Positions 15,699 to 20,158 of a stretch of 20,158 bases of DNA are shown here, in pieces; within the stretch, counting starts at the first letter, position 1; every line of letters starts with the position of its first letter. Where the stretch lies: assembly GCA_013416795.1 (NCBI GenBank), contig RQSC01000857.1, positions 1-20,158 of the forward strand. Reading direction: 5' to 3'. The position numbers and the translations under genes were made by a program. The notes beneath the pieces are model-generated. The model saw only the letters and a program-made list of their open reading frames with translations. It was not told where the DNA came from and did not search any database. Origin of the DNA: Prasinococcaceae sp. CCMP 1430 (taxonomy: Eukaryota > Plantae > Prasinodermophyta).

Positions 15699-18600
15699 CC
15701 GCCGCCGATTTGGGGGACCGCGTCCTTCTCAGCCCGGGGGGCCAACCCGGCGTGGTGCGTGCCGTGTGGCCGGCAGGAGAGCTGGCGCTGCGCCGCGCGG
15801 AGGAGGCGCGCCGCGCTGGACAGCGCCACGCCCAGGCTGGGCCTGATCCCGGTGGCCGAGGCGACCACCTGGAAGTTGAGGTGGGGCGTGGTGCGGGAGC
15901 GGTGCGGGTGCTGTGCGCGGCGGAGGACGCGGTGGTGGTGAGAGGCGCGCGCGCGGGGGCCCAGCTGGGGCAGCTTGAGGCGGGGGCGGGCGTGGCTCAG
16001 GAGAGAGTGGCCGGCGAGAGGAAGAGGGGGCGCGGCGACGATGTCCACGGCGGCGGCCGCGAGGGCATGCTCGTGAAGCGCCCCGCGGCGGGGACAGCGA
16101 CGGCATCGCCCCGCGATGTGCAGCGCTGCGGCGAGGGCGGCTGCGAGGAGGGCGCTCCGAGCACGGGCAGCCCGCCCCTCCCGCCGCCGCGCACGCCCGG
16201 GACGCCCGGGTGCCACGACGAAGCGTCGCTCGCGACCGCTGCTGCGCCCGGCTCTCCCGCCTCGTCCTCGTTGCCTCCCGACTTCGAGTATCCACCCTGG
16301 CTCTTTGCTGGCGCGCCCTCCCAGGCGCAGGCGCAGGCGCAGGCGCGGGCGCGGGCGCGGGCGCGGGCGCCACCAGGCCAGGGCGCGTACGCGTACAGCG
16401 CGCAGCCCCCACCCCTCGGCCCGAGCGAGGAGAGCGAGGAGCCCGCCAAGCGTATTGAGGCCGATGCGGCGGCGGCTCGCCTTCCCGACGCGGGCTACAC
16501 CATTGCCGGACGCGTCCGCGAGCCCCTGCCAGAGCGCGAGAACGCAGGCGGCGGTGAGGGCGCACGCGCGAATGGGGTGGGCGGCTCGGCGCCGTGCCGC
16601 CTCGAAGCGGAGGCGGTTCTCGCAAAGAGTGCACCGGAGCGGGACGCGCTGCTGCGGCAGGCGCGCGAGCGGGTCGCGGCGCCGCCCGGAAAGGGTTCGT
16701 CGCCATCACCGCAACCGCCTCAGCAGGTTGGGCCCGACGCCGCCCTCGGCGCGTCCGCTGCGAGCGATCTTGAGCTTCCCTCCTCGGCCGTGCTGCGCCT
16801 GCTGTCGTACCAAGCCATGGTGCCTCTCTCTGGGGAGGGCTGGCCACTCGGAGGCGCCCCGAGGGCGCTCGCGCCGCCGCCCTGGGTCGTCGGCAGCGGC
16901 CCCTCGTCGGCGTCGAACAGCGCGGGCCCGCCACTGCCACGCCACCAGCAAGGGCAGGCGCAGCCGCAGCACCATTCGGCCCCGACGCAGCCCACGTCGC
17001 AGCCCCTGCACCAGACGTCGTCGCAGCAGCATGCCGCTCCGGGACAGCAGCTGGAGCATGCGCGCGCGCCGGCCGGCGTGCTCGATCCCGACCCTTCCGG
17101 CGACGGGCTCTGCGTTTCGCAGGACTCGGCCGCAGCCGCGGCCGTGCGCTGGCTAGCGGCGGGCCCCCTCGCCCACGCGCTCGGCGCGGGCTCGGACGCC
17201 CTGAAGCCCTTGCACGTCGTTTCGGTGTCCGACATGCGGCAGCCATTGCCCCTGGCCGGCGGCGTTCGGCTGTGGCGCTGCCCGCACGCGTGCATGCGCG
17301 CGGCGTATCAGGGCGACTGGGTCGAGGTGGGCCTGACCAAGATCGGGCTATGGGAGGCGGTGCCCCTCGAGCCGTACGACGGCAGGAAGGACGTTGGCTA
17401 TGCGTGCGTGTCGGCGGGCGACGCGGGAACCGCGGCGAACTTGCGGGCCTATGCGGCGGACGTTGCGGCGATGTACGCGTGCTGCGCGTTCGGGTCATGT
17501 ACGAGCCTCGACGCGGGCGCCTCGTCGACCGAAGGATCTGATGCGGCCGACCGAGACGCGTCCCGATGTGCTGGTGCGGTGGACGCGGACCCTGTGGGTG
17601 CGCTGGCAGAGTCAGCGCGCGCAGCGCGTGCGGCGCTCGACGCCCCGCCTGCGGTGCTGCCCGAGGTGCCCTCGAGGCGCGCCGTGGGCGCCGTCTTCGT
17701 GTCGCTGCCCGAGGGCGCCCACCGTGCCCAGGCGCTGCGCGCTGCGCTGGAGGAGCTGCGGCCCACGTCAGCGGACGCCACCGCACCAGCGATCATCGTG
17801 GTGCCCAGGGCGATCGATGGCCCGGCCGGAGGGCCTGTTGGCGCCTGCCGCGGCCCGGGCGCGGGTGCGCGATCGCGCGAGGGCGGAGAGCGGCGCCACC
17901 GCCAGACGAGCGTCGACGCCGGCGCCAATCAGCGCGCACCCACCGCTTGGGTCGGTGCGCCGCTCTCGTGTCGCACGAGCGCGCCGAGCGCGCGGCGCGC
18001 GGCGATGACGCTGTACGCGCGCGCGCGCCGCGCCCCTCTGAGTGGGAAGCTCGTGTCAGCCGACACGCCGCTGCGCTTTGAGGCGCCGTGGGTGTGCGCG
18101 GGCGATACCGGCGAGCTCGACCACATCCTGTGCTGCGTGACGCGGACGCGCCGCCGGCGAGACCTCGTTGCCGTCATCGGCCACGCGAACGGCCGTTCGC
18201 TGGAGCCTGTGCTGCGCCACAAGGGCGACGGCGACGCGCGCGCCGAGGCGGTGCTCGTGCTTTCGCGGTGCGCCGCGCTGAGGAGGCGGCGTGGCTCAGG
18301 CTTCGACCAGGTTGCCGTGTGCTTCCTTGGGGCCGGAGAGGAGGCCGAGTGGGGCGAGGACGAGGGCGACGGCGCCGAGGGCTCTTTTGGCGCAGTGCGC
18401 GCCGAGGAGGTCTGCGTGTGGGAGGAGGAGATCTGCAAGTTCAACCGCATGCACGTCGAGGAGAGGCTCCGCAGCACGCACCGCTTCGCGTACCTGGTGG
18501 CTCTCTCGACTGGCATGGCGCCCTGGCAGCTGCTGCACAAGCGGCGCGAGGCTGGAGGGCCGGGCGGCGCGCCCTCATCGATGGCCGCGCCCGGCGGGCT

Positions 18601-18961
18601 AGCGCCTGTGGCTCCGTCTGGCGCGACGCCAGCTTCCGCGACCGCGGGCGCTTCGGCCGCCGACGCAACGGACGAGTGCGTGGTGATCGCCTCGGAGGAG
18701 GAGGCGCACGTCTTCGTCGCGGGCGCGCCAGGCGCGCTCCGAGTGGGCGCAGTGTCTGCGTGCGCGGACGAGGCGTCGCAGGCGGCATTCGGCGGGATCG
18801 TGCAGGCCGTCGCCGCTGCCGCCTCGGCCGCCTGGCGCGCCGAGGCGGCTGCCGGTGGAGGGGGCGAAGGCGTGGCAGGCGCGCGCTTCGCGGCCGTGCC
18901 CCTGGCTGCGAGCGCCGCAGCGAGGCTCGCCGCCGCGATGGAGCGCCTCTACGCCCGCTGA
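15699..18961 (+). CDS. MED13: Mediator CDK8-module subunit MED13; 5' end unresolved (gap at 15210-15478 and probable intron); at least ~1080 aa
   Basis: VLLSPGGQPG...HLEVEVG resembles plant VILSPFGMRG...YVEVTLG. AYQGDWVE...LWEAVPLEPYDGRKDVGYACV...AAMYACCAFGS resembles GYQDDWLK...LWEKAPLEPY..PK.M.YYV...TVYETCKLG. MTLYARAR resembles FSVYNKAR, FEAPWV resembles FEPLFI, and the terminal AVPL...RL resembles ALPFH...RL. The start coordinate is only a candidate acceptor (GACAG at 15694-15698). Confidence 0.8.
16322..16369 (+). repeat. Coding hexamer microsatellite (CAGGCG)4(CGGGCG)4 encoding QAQAQAQARARARARA in MED13
   Basis: Read directly from the sequence. Confidence 0.9.
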
Positions 18962-19310
18962 ACCATGCGAGGCGACGCAGTGCACGCCCGTGGGCCGAGG
19001 GTGCGGCGCAGGGACCCTGAGCGCGAGCGGCGCGGCGAGCGGCGAGCTCACGTAAGACGGTCGAGCTTCGGCCTTGAGACCCCTCAGATGCACGGGACGC
19101 CGACGCCTGGCGCGCGCGGCCCTGTCTCGCGCGGCGCACCAAACAGGGACGTGCCATCACGGCGGGACGCGTGCGTTTGCGGCGCGCCCGCTGCGGCGCA
19201 GCAGAGTTTGTGCACAGGACGCCCCCACGGGGGCTGCTCCCGCCGCCGCCCAAGGGCGGCGGGGGCGCGCGGGGGGGGAAAGGGGAGGGAGAGACGGGGC
19301 GTGCGCCGTT

Positions 19311-19806
19311 NNNNNNNNNNNNNNNNNNNNNNNNNNNNNNNNNNNNNNNNNNNNNNNNNNNNNNNNNNNNNNNNNNNNNNNNNNNNNNNNNNNNNNNNNN
19401 NNNNNNNNNNNNNNNNNNNNNNNNNNNNNNNNNNNNNNNNNNNNNNNNNNNNNNNNNNNNNNNNNNNNNNNNNNNNNNNNNNNNNNNNNNNNNNNNNNNN
19501 NNNNNNNNNNNNNNNNNNNNNNNNNNNNNNNNNNNNNNNNNNNNNNNNNNNNNNNNNNNNNNNNNNNNNNNNNNNNNNNNNNNNNNNNNNNNNNNNNNNN
19601 NNNNNNNNNNNNNNNNNNNNNNNNNNNNNNNNNNNNNNNNNNNNNNNNNNNNNNNNNNNNNNNNNNNNNNNNNNNNNNNNNNNNNNNNNNNNNNNNNNNN
19701 NNNNNNNNNNNNNNNNNNNNNNNNNNNNNNNNNNNNNNNNNNNNNNNNNNNNNNNNNNNNNNNNNNNNNNNNNNNNNNNNNNNNNNNNNNNNNNNNNNNN
19801 NNNNNN
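19311..19806. other. Assembly gap (496 N) upstream of the last ORF
   Basis: Run of N. Confidence 0.99.
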
Positions 19807-19822
19807 CGCCCGGCGCGCCGCC

Positions 19823-20158
19823 ATGCCCCTCGCGCACGCGGCGGCGGCGCGTCGCTTCCTAGCCGACGCGTGCGCGCGTGGGCTCACCCTCGCCGAAGCG
19901 AGCGACAACCTCGACCACGCGGCGCAGGAAGATACGCCCTCGGGCGGATCGCGCTTCGCTCTCGAGTGTGCACTGGCGGACGCGCTCACAGAGCACGGGC
20001 TGAGCGCACGGGAGCGCGCGCTCGCCGCATACGTCCTTGCGGAGGCGCGCGCTCTCCCCGAGACTCGCCAGGAGCGCGCGCGGCGACGAGCGGGCTGCGG
20101 CGGAGCGCGGGACGCGGAGGCTGCGCGGGGGCCACCCCGCCAGCTCGAGGCGCCCGCG
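19823..20158 (+). CDS. Partial ORF running off the window edge, possibly a CCR4-NOT subunit CNOT11 N-terminus (not in the ORF track)
   Basis: GCCGCCATG start context and 112 codons without a stop. The segment TLAEASDNL...SRFALECALADALTEHGLSARERALAAYVLAE resembles the CNOT11 pattern TFEGLS.AF...HFRLGSVL..LL....L.S..QRL.A.YLL.E. The similarity is weak and recalled. Confidence 0.4.
   Translation, partial: MPLAHAAAARRFLADACARGLTLAEASDNLDHAAQEDTPSGGSRFALECALADALTEHGLSARERALAAYVLAEARALPETRQERARRRAGCGGARDAEAARGPPRQLEAPA

Noticed and set aside
186-19989. Many long overlapping Arg/Ala/Pro-rich alternative-frame and antisense ORFs
   Set aside because: They are expected at this GC content because stops are rare. 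They shadow genes that have clear family motifs and show no domain signatures of their own.
6941-20158. Apparent functional cluster of nuclear regulators (DDX20, ASH2L, POT1, MED13, CNOT11-like)
   Set aside because: They belong to unrelated complexes and are typical single-copy housekeeping genes. Adjacency in a compact genome needs no special explanation without synteny or co-expression data.

Overview
This is a very GC-rich, gene-dense eukaryotic nuclear window with short spliceosomal introns. It is most consistent with a green-lineage (prasinophyte-grade) alga. The support is plant-type POT1, ASH2L/TRO and MED13, a flavodoxin with a simple short transit peptide, and TGTAA poly(A) signals after several stops; the taxon itself is an inference. 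About ten genes are supported, in this order: AIFM2/FSP1-like FAD/NADH oxidoreductase (+, 1 intron), orphan coiled-coil protein (+), TRAPPC12-like (-), unknown probably plastid membrane protein (-, 1 intron), DDX20/Gemin3 DEAD-box helicase (-), ASH2L/TRAUCO (-), POT1 (+), long-chain flavodoxin (-), MED13 (+, 5' end unresolved), and a partial possibly CNOT11-like ORF at the right edge that is not in the ORF track. There are three large N gaps, each upstream of a gene start (the MED13 gap may lie inside the gene's 5' part), and one single-N join next to a 107-bp exact duplication that is probably an assembly artefact. I found no mobile element, RNA gene or CRISPR array, and no clear new multi-gene system. 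The best leads are a flavodoxin with a remodelled FMN-binding loop (W-N-T-G to L-T-I-D), a cluster of three E2F-consensus sites where the MED13 N-terminus should be, a duplicated acidic motif in the DDX20 tail, and poly(A) signals abutting stop codons. All family calls come from recalled motifs, not database searches.
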